The notes: generated by a model from the sequence alone, not told the origin. 64,000 nucleotides of DNA from an uncultured candidate division Zixibacteria bacterium (GCA_963668625.2 CAXXKA010000006.1:855122-919121); one strand, 5' to 3'. Counted from the stretch's first letter, positions 29,477 to 39,807 are shown. Numbers and translations: made by a program.

Positions 29477-30748
29477 TTAGCCTACTAAAACTTTCTCGAG
29501 TCTCTCCAGCAGGTAGTCGACTTCCTGATTATTGATAACCAGCGGTGGGGATATCCTGATAGTGTGACCGTGACTATCGTTGGCCATCACGCCCAGATCT
29601 AGCAACTGACGGCAATATGTCATGGCATCGCCATCGTTGACCTCGATCCCGATAAACAGGCCGCGTCCGCGCACCTCTTTAACCTTGGATGATCTCGAGG
29701 CGATATCCTCGATTTTCTTTTTCAGCATAGCTCCGATTTTGGCCGAACGTTCATGCAGCTTCTCATTTTCTATAACATCTAAAGCGGCATTTGCCGCTAC
29801 GCCGGCCAGCGGGTAACCACCGTATGTGGAGCCATCACTGCCCGGTTGGAAAGCCATATTCATGAGATCGGAGTTGGTTACGAAAGTGGAGACCGGTACC
29901 AGGCCGCCGGAGATAGCTTTGCCCAAAATGACGCCATCGGGTATGACATTCTCATGCTCGAAACAGAACATCTTGCCGGTACGTCCCAGGCCGACCTGGA
30001 TCTCATCGAATAATAAAAGCAGATCGTTTTTATCGGCTAATTCGCGCAGGCTTTTCAGGAAACCATCCGGGGGCTGATACATACCGCCCTCGCCCTGCAT
30101 CGGCTCGACTAATATACCGCAGGTATTTTTATTGATGGCTTTCTCGACGGCGTTGATATCGCCGAACTCGACGGATACGAAACCAGGCGTGGTCGGTCCG
30201 AAACCGCGTTTGTATTTCTCGGTGGTTGAAAAAGAGATGACTGTAATCATACGGCCGTGGAAATTATTGTTGAAAACGATGATCTCTTGTTTACCATCCT
30301 CAATGCCTTTGGCTTTGTAACCATAGTAACGAGCCATCTTAATAGCCGTCTCGACCGATTCGACGCCGCCGTTTTTCGGCAGGGTTTTATTGCCATTTTC
30401 GCCGAAACGAGGGGCAAGCTGCGGAATCATCGTGGAGACGCGTTTCAAGAACATCGCCAGGGAGTCGGTATAAACCACGTTAGAGATAACCGAGGCGTAG
30501 TTATTTTGCAGCGCTTTAATGAGGGCGTTTACGATATACGGATTATGATGACCCTGGTTGGCGGCCGAATAGGCGGCCAGGCAGTCCAGATGTTTATCGC
30601 CGTTGATGCCAGTTAACCAGCAGCCCTCAGCCTGACGGACGACCATATTCAAACGGCCATAGTGATGCGCGCCGAAAGTTTGTTCGATATCTATAATTTC
30701 TTTATCTGAAATTTGCGAAAATCCATTGATTGTTTTTTTCTCGGACAT
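29477..30748 (-). CDS. rocD: Ornithine aminotransferase (class III PLP)
   Basis: DCLAAYSAANQGH, NFHGR, EPMQGEGG, DEIQVGLGRTG, GKAISGG, GSTYGG. Confidence 0.85.
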   Translation of the reverse strand: MSEKKTINGFSQISDKEIIDIEQTFGAHHYGRLNMVVRQAEGCWLTGINGDKHLDCLAAYSAANQGHHNPYIVNALIKALQNNYASVISNVVYTDSLAMFLKRVSTMIPQLAPRFGENGNKTLPKNGGVESVETAIKMARYYGYKAKGIEDGKQEIIVFNNNFHGRMITVISFSTTEKYKRGFGPTTPGFVSVEFGDINAVEKAINKNTCGILVEPMQGEGGMYQPPDGFLKSLRELADKNDLLLLFDEIQVGLGRTGKMFCFEHENVIPDGVILGKAISGGLVPVSTFVTNSDLMNMAFQPGSDGSTYGGYPLAGVAANAALDVIENEKLHERSAKIGAMLKKKIEDIASRSSKVKEVRGRGLFIGIEVNDGDAMTYCRQLLDLGVMANDSHGHTIRISPPLVINNQEVDYLLERLEKVLVG

Positions 30749-31107
30749 AATTACTCCTTGAAATAAGTTTTTACCAAAGTTGTTAAAGGATTATAATAAA
30801 GTGTGGAGCAATGGTTTATAACTGACCATTGAGGTAAATGCGCCATAGAATAGATCGCATCAAGCGCATGAAAATCTCATTATTTTTTGCTATTCTTACC
30901 ATAAAAACAATCTATGCGTTTTGGCGATTTTGTCAAGATTATTCGCCCGCATCCTCCGGCCTTTATAACGTATATTAATACGAATTTGTTGCCAATTATT
31001 ATTTACATTATTTTTAGAATATTGAAGCGGCTAGTCAAGTATTATATCCATAAATAGTCATTAATAGATTCACTTGCTTTTATTGATAATAGTTATATCT
31101 TCATGCC

Positions 31108-31833
31108 ATGCCTGAGAATGTGAAAATAGGGTTATACCAGGGTTATCATGGTGAAGGCGTGCCTATCGATATTGCCGAGATAATTGCCGATGAAAAACCT
31201 GATATTCTCTGCCTTCCCGAGTATTTCTTTGTCAGGCCGGATGAGAAGTCGATTTTACTTTCGGCGGAGAGGCATGATTTTCATCTTCAGTATTTAGCCG
31301 ATTTATCGAACAGGTTCCAGTGCGCCATAACCGGCGGGACGTTGTTGGTGCGGGAAAACGGATTAATGAAGAATCGCTGCTATTTTATCGAGGATTCGAC
31401 GGTTGTCGATCACTACGATAAAATTCATCTTTATAAAAACGAGGGTAGAGGCCGGCTTACGCCCGGCCATGAGTATAAAGTAATCGATTATCGAAGGTTT
31501 AGAATCGGTCTGTTAATTTGCGCTGATGTTTTATATGAGGAATCATTCTACAATATTCGCGGGCTAAATCCCGATTTGATTATCGTTCCAGTCACCTCTC
31601 CTCATATCGAGGGTGAGAGTATCGAGGATAAGTTAGCCCGAGATGAGCGTATTTGGACCGAGGCGGTGAAGATAACCGGCTGCCCGATACTTAAAGTCGG
31701 CAGTGTTGGTAAAATAGCCGGTCGGCGTTTACAGGGACGGTCGCTTCTGGCAACTAGCGGAGGAATATCTTTCAGGGTAGCGCCGGAAGATGAGGATAAA
31801 CCGATGCTGAAATTTATCAACCTGACTGTATAA
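31108..31833 (+). CDS. Carbon-nitrogen hydrolase (nitrilase superfamily)
   Basis: LPEYF, YDKIHL, GLLICAD catalytic E-K-C triad. Confidence 0.9.
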   Translation: MPENVKIGLYQGYHGEGVPIDIAEIIADEKPDILCLPEYFFVRPDEKSILLSAERHDFHLQYLADLSNRFQCAITGGTLLVRENGLMKNRCYFIEDSTVVDHYDKIHLYKNEGRGRLTPGHEYKVIDYRRFRIGLLICADVLYEESFYNIRGLNPDLIIVPVTSPHIEGESIEDKLARDERIWTEAVKITGCPILKVGSVGKIAGRRLQGRSLLATSGGISFRVAPEDEDKPMLKFINLTV

Positions 31834-31839
31834 GTTTGC

Positions 31840-31868
31840 TTGACTGCCGGGCGGCATGGTGATAAATT
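31840..31868 (+). promoter_or_regulatory. Sigma70 promoter, probably leaderless
   Basis: TTGACT-N17-TAAATT, 6 nt before the ATG, no SD. Confidence 0.5.
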
Positions 31869-31874
31869 CCGAAT

Positions 31875-32315
31875 ATGCAGCCTCTTTTTACATATCAGAG
31901 ACGGATTTTACTGGCGCTGATATTTTTTATCCTCACCGGTTTGATGTTGAAAGTTATCGATCGCCAGCGGCAGTTAATCGGCTTCGATATTAAAGGCTTT
32001 CTTGATGGTTATAAATACTCGACAACAGTCGATACATCAGGAGAGAAAGTAAATCTTTCTACCAACGCTATTCCGAGTGAAAATGGCGTGGCTAAGGAGG
32101 AAAAGGCCGGCTCGGATATTTTGCTGAAAGTAAATATCAACACGGCCGATAAAATGACTCTTCAGCAGTTACCGGGCATAGGCCCCGTGCTGGCAGGTAG
32201 AATAATAGAATACCGGGAGGCCAACGGGCGGTTCGATACCGACAAAGATTTAGCCGAGGTCAAAGGTATTGGCAAGATGAAACTGGCAAAAATCAGGGGA
32301 TACATAGAATTTTGA
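31875..32315 (+). CDS. comEA: ComEA-family helix-hairpin-helix DNA-binding protein
   Basis: N-terminal TM; VNINTAD..LQQLPGIGPVLA.RIIEYR..G.F...DL.EVKGIG. Confidence 0.88.
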   Translation: MQPLFTYQRRILLALIFFILTGLMLKVIDRQRQLIGFDIKGFLDGYKYSTTVDTSGEKVNLSTNAIPSENGVAKEEKAGSDILLKVNINTADKMTLQQLPGIGPVLAGRIIEYREANGRFDTDKDLAEVKGIGKMKLAKIRGYIEF

Positions 32316-33166
32316 GCAATCTCGTAATCGATATAAAAGATGGCTACGCGGCAATCGCAACCGGTAGCGAAAATCAACGGGCGTATTATAAAATCCTGTT
32401 CGATGAATCTGATTTCGTAGGCGAATCAGGCAGCGCCAAATCGTTTACCTCCCTTAGCCTGTTCGAGCTTGCCGATGATAATCTGAAAAATCTGCAAAGT
32501 CAGGCCGAGATGACCACGCTGGTCGTACCCATGCGATTTTCCATGGTAAAACCGGTGGATATCGACAAAGCCGGATTGGACAGCCTGGGGGATGAATTCC
32601 TGACCTGGGAAAGCCATCAGCAACTCCCGGAGGATCTGGGTGATTTCGAGATCGGATTCTATAAGCTTCGCCGGAGTTTCGATGATAAAAGTTATAAGTT
32701 CATGTTCTATGCCTCCACCAGGGATTTCACCGATGTCCTGTCGAATTTCGTAGCCAGCAGCCCTGATCTTAAAGTCGAGATCAAATCAGAGGCGATCGGT
32801 CTTTTCAACGCCGTTTGTTTGGCCTCCGATAAACAAGGGGTAGGCGTGGCTATCGCGCTGGAAAGCGACGGCGCTTCGGTGGTAATCGCTCATGATGGTG
32901 ATTTTCTGGCGGGTAAATTCATTCCCGGTGATAACACCTCATTAGGCGAGGAGATCATGTATTACGTGTTCGCGAACTGCGCCGATGATCTCAAGCCTAA
33001 AGTGCTGATTTGCGGCGATCTCGATTATATGGATCATCTCGGCAGGCTAGATTGGGCGGATCGTTTGCAGATGCCGGCCCAGTTCGGCCTTCAAGCAGCG
33101 GCCGGTATCGATGAGCCAATGATGTATGTCGCGGCCGCAGGGGTTAATTTCCAATTCGATGATTGA
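32312..33166 (+). CDS. Hypothetical protein, PilM-like
   Basis: LVIDI N-terminus; WESHQQLP..L.DFEIGFY resembles the PilM EA.QYIP...DY segment; LICGD. Confidence 0.5.
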   Translation: MSNLVIDIKDGYAAIATGSENQRAYYKILFDESDFVGESGSAKSFTSLSLFELADDNLKNLQSQAEMTTLVVPMRFSMVKPVDIDKAGLDSLGDEFLTWESHQQLPEDLGDFEIGFYKLRRSFDDKSYKFMFYASTRDFTDVLSNFVASSPDLKVEIKSEAIGLFNAVCLASDKQGVGVAIALESDGASVVIAHDGDFLAGKFIPGDNTSLGEEIMYYVFANCADDLKPKVLICGDLDYMDHLGRLDWADRLQMPAQFGLQAAAGIDEPMMYVAAAGVNFQFDD

Positions 33167-33711
33167 TCGTGCGGGTTATTGCCGGTAAGTACAAGGGGAG
33201 ACCTCTCCTCGGGCCGAAGAAAGACAATTTCCGGCCAACTTTAGACCGTGTTAAAGAATCTATATTCAACGTTCTGGGGCAGGATTTAATCGATGCCGTA
33301 GTGCTGGATTTGTTCTGTGGCAGCGGCGCATTGGGGATCGAGGCGTTATCGCGGGGAGCGATGCGGGCGACTTTCGTCGATAGTAATAAGATGATACTGA
33401 ATATCGCCCGGAAGAATATAGAAAAACTGGAGATCGAGAAGAAAGCCAAACTGATCATGAACGATACGTTCACTTATATCGAAAGAAACGCCGGAATTCA
33501 TAATCATATAATCTTTGCCGATCCGCCGTACGATAAACTTTATGGCGGTAATATTTGCAAATCGGTAATCGAATTTGATATATTGCATCAGGGAGGCATA
33601 CTGGTATTGGAGAGATACCAGAAAGAACAACCCGAACACGAGAGCCTGGTTCTGGCAAAAACTCTGAAGTTCGGGCAAACTGAAGTGGATTTTTATTTAC
33701 GCGAGGCTTAG
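33163..33711 (+). CDS. rsmD: 16S rRNA m2G966 methyltransferase
   Basis: RVIAGKYKGR, RPTLDRVKESIFN, LDLFCGSGALGIEALSRGA, DPPY. Confidence 0.95.
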   Translation: MIVRVIAGKYKGRPLLGPKKDNFRPTLDRVKESIFNVLGQDLIDAVVLDLFCGSGALGIEALSRGAMRATFVDSNKMILNIARKNIEKLEIEKKAKLIMNDTFTYIERNAGIHNHIIFADPPYDKLYGGNICKSVIEFDILHQGGILVLERYQKEQPEHESLVLAKTLKFGQTEVDFYLREA

Positions 33712-33712
33712 G

Positions 33713-34192
33713 ATGAGAACAGCTATATACCCCGGCTCATTCGATCCGGTTACCAACGGTCATTCCGATATCATCGAACGTGCGCTGGCGTTATTCGATA
33801 AATTGATTGTCGCAATAGCCGAGAATACCAGCAAACAAAATACGTTTACCGTGGAGGAACGCATAGAGATGCTGCGCGCGGTGGTTGGTGATGATGACCG
33901 GGTGGAATTAGTACAGTTTACCGGCCTGACAGCCCACTATGCCAAAGAACGCAACGTCGATGCTATCATACGAGGTCTGCGGGCGGTTTCCGATTTCGAG
34001 TACGAATTCCAGATGGCCCTGATGAATCGTCGCCTGGTACCCGAGGTGGAAACAGTGTTTTTGATGCCGCGTGGCAAGTATTCGTATCTCTCCTCAACGC
34101 TGATAAAAGACATAGCCAAATTCGGCGGCGAGGTCGATTTGTTCGTAAACAAAACAGTGGCGGAGAAGCTCAGGGCGAAGCTTGGCAAATAG
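33713..34192 (+). CDS. coaD: Pantetheine-phosphate adenylyltransferase
   Basis: YPGSFDPVTNGH, RGLRAVSDFEYE, SSTLIK. Confidence 0.97.
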   Translation: MRTAIYPGSFDPVTNGHSDIIERALALFDKLIVAIAENTSKQNTFTVEERIEMLRAVVGDDDRVELVQFTGLTAHYAKERNVDAIIRGLRAVSDFEYEFQMALMNRRLVPEVETVFLMPRGKYSYLSSTLIKDIAKFGGEVDLFVNKTVAEKLRAKLGK

Positions 34193-34389
34193 AAAGACTC
34201 GTGCGTGTTATACCAGGCCGTTAAATGTATTGCGGGCGGCACACGTACCCGTGTACCCCATTTATGAAGGCTCAGCGACCAGGCAAGCGCAGACGAGTAT
34301 ACACTGCCCGTCATGTAATGGGTGAAACCGATTAAACCCAATTTAATTGGAGAAATTAATTCAATTGATACATTATCACCGAGAGTAGC

Positions 34390-35046
34390 ATGAAACATTT
34401 CATTCACAACGGAATCAAATACGAGGTAGATAGACAGGGGTATCTTCTGGACCCCGCAAAATGGGATGATAATTTCGCCGAAGGGATGGCGTCCAAGGTT
34501 CGGCTGCCCGATGGCCTTACCGATGAGCACTGGAAAGTAATCAGGTTCATCCGTAACTCATTCGATAAGATAAATATCTGCCCGCTTATTTACGTAGCTT
34601 GTAAGGAGAACAATATCGGATTGGGGGATATGAACCGGTTGTTTCCCACGGGCTACCATCGCGGGGCATGTAAACTTGCCGGTATCTCGTACCGTCAGGG
34701 ATATTTCCACAAGTACCGAGTGGAAGGTAACCTACCGAGTATCGAAAGCGAGTACAAGCTCAAGGTCTATCGAATCGATTCGCAGGGATTCCTGGTCGAC
34801 CCGACCGAGTGGGATGAGAATTTTGCGGTGAACAAAGCGTTCGAAATGAAGATGCCGGGATTGCTTACCAAAAAGCACTGGCAGATACTAGTCTACCTTC
34901 GCGAGAAATTCATCAAGACGAAGGAAATACCTACGCTCTTTCAAACCTGCGAGATGAACAACCTGGAAATGCTCGAGTTCGATGAACTTTTTCCCGACGG
35001 CTATCATCGAGGTGCGGTTAAACTTGCGGGTTTGCGGTTGGAGTAG
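34390..35046 (+). CDS. Tandem double-domain TusE/DsrC-family protein
   Basis: Two repeats of D.QG(Y/F)L.DP..WD.NFA...HW....R...LFP.GYHRGA.KLAG. Confidence 0.88.
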   Translation: MKHFIHNGIKYEVDRQGYLLDPAKWDDNFAEGMASKVRLPDGLTDEHWKVIRFIRNSFDKINICPLIYVACKENNIGLGDMNRLFPTGYHRGACKLAGISYRQGYFHKYRVEGNLPSIESEYKLKVYRIDSQGFLVDPTEWDENFAVNKAFEMKMPGLLTKKHWQILVYLREKFIKTKEIPTLFQTCEMNNLEMLEFDELFPDGYHRGAVKLAGLRLE

Positions 35047-35059
35047 GACTCGATATCGG

Positions 35060-35153
35060 TGTAGGGTTAAAGTTTATCTTTACCCCGAACATAGTACGAT
35101 GCGTGCTTTAAGATTCTGCCGAATTCAGGTTAAAGGCAAGCTTTCCCCTTACA
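35060..35153. repeat. REPIN-like inverted doublet (GTAG type)
   Basis: TGTAGGGTTAAAGTTTATCTTTACCCCGAA ... TTCAGGTTAAAGGCAAGCTTTCCCCTTACA (about 22/30 inverted match). Confidence 0.55.
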
Positions 35154-35245
35154 TAGCAAAACGGCAAACGAGAACGCCTGCCGACTGAAAACTAAAATGT
35201 GATTTTAAAAATCGTTATGATCAATCTACGGTGTAAATAGCACTT

Positions 35246-35324
35246 GTGGTTGCGATACGTCCCCGTATCCCGACTTGTATGCTTTCAAACTAAAGCCGGC
35301 GGACGAGGAACGTCCGCCGGCCAC
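35246..35324. repeat. REPIN-like double-hairpin repeat, copy 1
   Basis: GTGG...CCAC ends; about 57/79 identity to the reverse complement of 51146-51223; includes GCCGGCGGACG-AGGAA-CGTCCGCCGGC. Confidence 0.7.
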
Positions 35325-35353
35325 ATGAATGATTTTATCTGATTAAGTAGTAT

Positions 35354-36133
35354 CTACAATTGTTTCGCGCCGGGGAGTTTTTCCATACCCTGTAAGAATG
35401 GTTTAAACAGATCTATAGGAATCGGGAAGACCGTGGTGGAATTCTTCTCTGCGGCGACCTCTACCAGTGTCTGTAGGAATCGAAGCTGAATACCGACCGG
35501 GGTTTGACCGATCGTGCTGGCTGCCTGATGAATACGCTCGGCGGCCTGTACCTCGCCATCGGCGTGAATGACCTTGGCGCGACGTTCACGTTCTGCCTCG
35601 GCCTGGCGGGCGATAGCTCGTTGCATCTCCTGCGGCAGATCGACATTCTTGACCTCGACCACGCTGACTTTAACGCCCCACGGCTCTGTTTGCATATCGA
35701 TGATGTTTTGCAGTTCCTGGTTGATTTTATCACGTTCGCCGAGTAGCTCATCGAGTTCGACCTGTCCCAGCACCGAACGAAGAGTCGTTTGAGCTATCTG
35801 CGATGTAGCGTAGATATAATCCTCAACATCGACGATAGCCTTGTTAGCATCCATAACACGGAAATACGCTACCGCGTTAACTTTCACCGTTACGTTGTCC
35901 TTGGTGATGATATCCTGAGGGGGGACATCCATAGGAACGGTACGCATCGAAACTTTCACCATTTTATCGATAATCGGTATAAGGATAATCAGTCCCGGGC
36001 CTTTCGAGCCGATTAGCCGTCCCAGGCGAAACACCACGCCGCGTTCGTATTCACGAAGCACCTTGATTGCCTGACTTAAGAAAAATAGCACGAGAAAAAC
36101 GATTATTATCATGCTATACAAACTCTGAGCCAT
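35354..36133 (-). CDS. SPFH/stomatin-like (slipin) protein
   Basis: [50 protein letters not shown]. Confidence 0.95.
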   Translation of the reverse strand: MAQSLYSMIIIVFLVLFFLSQAIKVLREYERGVVFRLGRLIGSKGPGLIILIPIIDKMVKVSMRTVPMDVPPQDIITKDNVTVKVNAVAYFRVMDANKAIVDVEDYIYATSQIAQTTLRSVLGQVELDELLGERDKINQELQNIIDMQTEPWGVKVSVVEVKNVDLPQEMQRAIARQAEAERERRAKVIHADGEVQAAERIHQAASTIGQTPVGIQLRFLQTLVEVAAEKNSTTVFPIPIDLFKPFLQGMEKLPGAKQL

Positions 36134-36144
36134 TGACTCCTCCT

Positions 36145-37497
36145 TTAATCTATTTTGTCAACTTTTAATCTCATACCATCAACGCCGATTACTTTCACCC
36201 GTGTACCTTTAGGGTAATCCTCGGTGCTGAGCGCCTGCCAGTATTCGCCATGAACGAAAACCCGACCTTGGCCATCTTTCAAATCCATAACCGTAGCGAT
36301 TTCGCCGGTTAAACCCTGATCACCGGTAGTTACCTGACGTTTCTGCGCCTTAAGAGCGAAATAGATGGCAAACAGGAAAAATGCCGAGGCGAATATCACA
36401 ACCGGTATAATTACGGACATCGATATTTGCATATAGGGTACCTCAGAATCTATCAGCATCATGGAGCCCAATGTCAGGCTGATAACGCCGCCGATGGCAA
36501 GACCTCCATAACTGGTTACATATAACTCGAGTATAAAAAGCACAAGTGCCAGCGCCATTAGGGCGACACCGGCATAATTTATCGGTAATGTCTGGAATGC
36601 GAAGAACGCCAGAATCAAGCAGATACCGCCAACTACTCCGGGCAATATCGCGCCGGGATTGGAGAATTCGTAGTACAGCCCGAGCATGCCAATAGTCATC
36701 AGGATATAAGCGATATTGGGATTGGTGAGCACCTCGAGTATCTCATTTTGTAATCCTTTGTTTACCACTTCAACCCGGGCGTCTCTGGTGTTTAACACTA
36801 TCTCACCCGATAGCACCTCGACTGTATCACCATCGATTTGCCCCAATAGTTCCTCGAGATCATCGGCAATATAGTTTACCACGTTCATCTCCAGCGCCTC
36901 ATACTCGGTAATCGAGGCCGACTCGCGAACAGCTTTCTCCGCCCACTCAACGTTTCGTTTGCGCTTGGTGGCCAGTGTCTTGATTTTAGCTACGGCGTCA
37001 TTGGTGATTTTTTCGTTCAGGATGGAATCGACCTCGCCGCCACCGCCAACCGGATGAGCCGAGCCGATATTTGTCTGTGGCGCCATTGCCGCTAGATGGC
37101 AAGCATAAGTCATGTATACACCGGCCGAACCGGCACGCGATCCAGCGGGCGCGATATACATCACTATCGGTACCTCCGAGGCGAGAATCATTCGGTTTAT
37201 CTCCCAGGTAGATTCTGTCAGGCCACCGGGGGTGTTCAGCTCGATAATCAGGGCATCGGCGTTATCGTCAGAGGACTGCTTGATCGCTTTTTCAAGTACG
37301 CGTATAGTAATCGGCCCGATAGCGCTGTCTATGGATATCAGCTTTACCATGCCGGGAGAATCCTGCTCGTTTTCGGGAGTCCTGGTAACCTCAGCGGAGT
37401 CGGTTTCAACGGCCAGCGTATCATCTTCAGCAGGGCATGATAGCGCCGCAAAGACAATTATCAATGAAATTGATAATATCGTTTTTAAATAGCTCAT
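36145..37497 (-). CDS. nfeD: NfeD (stomatin operon partner protein, ClpP-class protease)
   Basis: [25 protein letters not shown]-terminal OB fold VHGEYW; start set at the ATG following GGAG. Confidence 0.92.
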   Translation of the reverse strand: MSYLKTILSISLIIVFAALSCPAEDDTLAVETDSAEVTRTPENEQDSPGMVKLISIDSAIGPITIRVLEKAIKQSSDDNADALIIELNTPGGLTESTWEINRMILASEVPIVMYIAPAGSRAGSAGVYMTYACHLAAMAPQTNIGSAHPVGGGGEVDSILNEKITNDAVAKIKTLATKRKRNVEWAEKAVRESASITEYEALEMNVVNYIADDLEELLGQIDGDTVEVLSGEIVLNTRDARVEVVNKGLQNEILEVLTNPNIAYILMTIGMLGLYYEFSNPGAILPGVVGGICLILAFFAFQTLPINYAGVALMALALVLFILELYVTSYGGLAIGGVISLTLGSMMLIDSEVPYMQISMSVIIPVVIFASAFFLFAIYFALKAQKRQVTTGDQGLTGEIATVMDLKDGQGRVFVHGEYWQALSTEDYPKGTRVKVIGVDGMRLKVDKID

Positions 37498-38034
37498 CTG
37501 TAACACTCCATCTGTTTTATACACAGATATTGTAGTTCACGCCTGATATAGTGTCAATATAATTTACAATATATCAATCGGACAAGTTTCCTGTTTGTGA
37601 AGTTAAATATCATTATATTCAATAAGTTATCGTCAGCGATTGATGGTTTAATCAATCGCCGGCATCAAATTAGTCAGCGAAAATACCAATACACCAGTGT
37701 CTGGCTTTTTGTATTATTGGCTGAAAAAGTCTCCCGGATGTCGAATCTGCCGGCCACGGAATTTCTATTTTTAAAACCTGTATGGAAGGATATCAAAACG
37801 AAGTTCATAGAATACGGTGGGTTACAAAATCGTAGTATTAGATCCTTGCCTGCACTTTAAGATTTCAGACCATCACTAAGTTCACATTAAGTCCGGAGCT
37901 GGAAACCTGAAATTATAACTTTACTTGATTAGCAGCCGGCTCAGATAAAAAAAACGCCAAGCAGGCAGGCCGCTTAGCGGTTTTGGGTAAGACAGCAGAC
38001 TAATGTCTGCGACTACGTTATATGTTAAGCGACT

Positions 38035-38640
38035 CTAAAAGTCCTCTATTTCGACGAATTCATTGTCAGCCTCGAGATCCTCGTTCATGATAGAGCTTTG
38101 TCCGCCTGTACCATCACGTCGACAATCAAAACGTTTGCCTCGTTCCGGGCCGTTGTTATTCCGGCAGCCATCATAACCGCGCAGACCGGGGCCTCTGCCT
38201 TGCCCATATCTCGGACCACCATTGCCATGCCCATATCTCGGACCACCATATCCGCGGAATTTCATTGATTCATTAGCTTTAGCTCGCTGTTCGGCGGTAA
38301 GGATGTTCATACGATCGATTCTCTTTTCGAGCCTGGTTTTAGCCATCTTTGCCTTGATCGCGGAGACCTCATCGCTCTTTTTCATGATTTTAGCTTTATC
38401 GAGGTTATCGGCCATCATCATTTCGTGAAGTTCGAGCTTAGCCAATTCCAGGTCAGCTCTGTTTCGTATCATCTCCTTGCGCTCATCGAGTGAAAGCGCT
38501 TTAATCTGATCCACCTGCTGGTCGGTTAACTCGAGATCTTCCGCGTGGCGTAACAGATCACAATGTTGTGCCAGCGAGACCGCCGGGATCATCAAAACGA
38601 ATACTGCTAAAGTTGCTAAGATTTTTCTCATTCTAATCAC
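38035..38640 (-). CDS. Spy/CpxP-family periplasmic chaperone
   Basis: Signal peptide, LELTDQQ and ILTAEQ LTxxQ motifs; Gly/Arg-rich tail. Confidence 0.8.
   Translation of the reverse strand: MIRMRKILATLAVFVLMIPAVSLAQHCDLLRHAEDLELTDQQVDQIKALSLDERKEMIRNRADLELAKLELHEMMMADNLDKAKIMKKSDEVSAIKAKMAKTRLEKRIDRMNILTAEQRAKANESMKFRGYGGPRYGHGNGGPRYGQGRGPGLRGYDGCRNNNGPERGKRFDCRRDGTGGQSSIMNEDLEADNEFVEIEDF
38201..38249. repeat. Intragenic tandem duplication (22-bp unit, 27-bp period)
   Basis: TGCCCATATCTCGGACCACCAT at 38201 and 38228; encodes GGPRYG(H/Q)G twice. Confidence 0.85.
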
Positions 38641-38658
38641 TCCTTATTAATTGTTGTT

Positions 38659-39183
38659 TCAGTCGTTAGAGTTCCGTCTATGGAAACCGCCATTGTGCTT
38701 TTCACGACGGGCATCTCTGATTATTTCGCGCATCTGATGCATGAATTGCATTTCGAAAACATACAGGATGCCTATCTGTTTGACAGATAGAACGCCTTCC
38801 AGTTCTTTTCTGAACCTGGCTCTTTTATCTTTGATTCTGCTGTCAAACTCATCCAGCTTATCGAGTAGTTTCGTGATCTCTTTGTCATCCGTTTTTTCCT
38901 GCTCGGTAATACTTTTGAGTTCTTTCATCAATTTCATGCGCTCACCTTCCATATTTCTGCGGTTCTCATCGAACTCGTTGTAAATAGGGAAGAACGCCTG
39001 AGACTGCTCTGAGGTCAAATTCAGTTCCTCTGTCAGTTTCCATATTTTTACGGTCTTGATCCGATTCTCGATTTGCTCCCGCTTCGGGCCCATCGGCGGT
39101 GGCTCATCGAAAAATTCCTGAGCTGAGGCCAGGGAAAAAAGACCTAACATGATTGCTATCGTAATTATCTTTATCGATTTCAT
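38659..39183 (-). CDS. Periplasmic Spy/heavy-metal-sensor-like accessory protein
   Basis: Signal peptide; LTEELNLTSEQSQAFFPIY, VLSVKQ. Confidence 0.75.
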   Translation of the reverse strand: MKSIKIITIAIMLGLFSLASAQEFFDEPPPMGPKREQIENRIKTVKIWKLTEELNLTSEQSQAFFPIYNEFDENRRNMEGERMKLMKELKSITEQEKTDDKEITKLLDKLDEFDSRIKDKRARFRKELEGVLSVKQIGILYVFEMQFMHQMREIIRDARREKHNGGFHRRNSND

Positions 39184-39186
39184 CGC

Positions 39187-39807
39187 TTACCCCGCGTTAC
39201 TTAAAAGTTCCTGAAGTTTCTCATCCAATATTTCCAGGCTCTCCTCGGACATCGTACTGATATCGATAGAGTTCTCCGAAAAAAGTCCACCACCACTGTT
39301 TAATTGTTCGTCATATACGTCAAGAGCGTCACTGTCGTCATCACTAAAAAAGTTGCTTAAAATATCCGAATACGTATCCTCGGTATAGACCGTATCACCG
39401 GTCGGGTAAATATAATCAGATGACAGCAGTGAGTATTCGAGATTGCTGCTTTCGTATTCGGCTACGGTATAGGCTGGCCTGTATATCGGAGGCCTGATTA
39501 TGACCAGTCCAAACAGGATAACAGCGACTGCCGCCGACGCGAATCTTTTCAGCCAGCCAGTCAACGGAATCCGCTGTTTGCTTTCGATTTTTTCCCATAC
39601 GCCCGGCAGGAAATCGGCCAGTTCGTAAGGATCGATTGCCGGATCGGGCTCTTTCGCCAGAAGGGATATCAGGGAGTAGTGCTCATTGTATTCGGCGGCG
39701 CACGAATCGCATGAAGCGATATGCGAATCCATCGATATTACCATATCCTGATCCAATTTACCTCGGCAGTAATCATCGAGGTGGTCTCTAAAGTCAGGGC
39801 ATCTCAT
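39187..39807 (-). CDS. Transmembrane zf-HC2 anti-sigma factor
   Basis: HIASCDSC ZAS motif, single TM, acidic periplasmic tail. Confidence 0.85.
   Translation of the reverse strand: MRCPDFRDHLDDYCRGKLDQDMVISMDSHIASCDSCAAEYNEHYSLISLLAKEPDPAIDPYELADFLPGVWEKIESKQRIPLTGWLKRFASAAVAVILFGLVIIRPPIYRPAYTVAEYESSNLEYSLLSSDYIYPTGDTVYTEDTYSDILSNFFSDDDSDALDVYDEQLNSGGGLFSENSIDISTMSEESLEILDEKLQELLSNAG

Noticed and set aside
33937-34530. 197-aa minus-strand ORF
   Set aside because: Antisense to coaD and the DsrC-like gene
37597-37860. 87-aa intergenic ORF
   Set aside because: No SD, no motifs, AT-rich promoter region; cannot be supported
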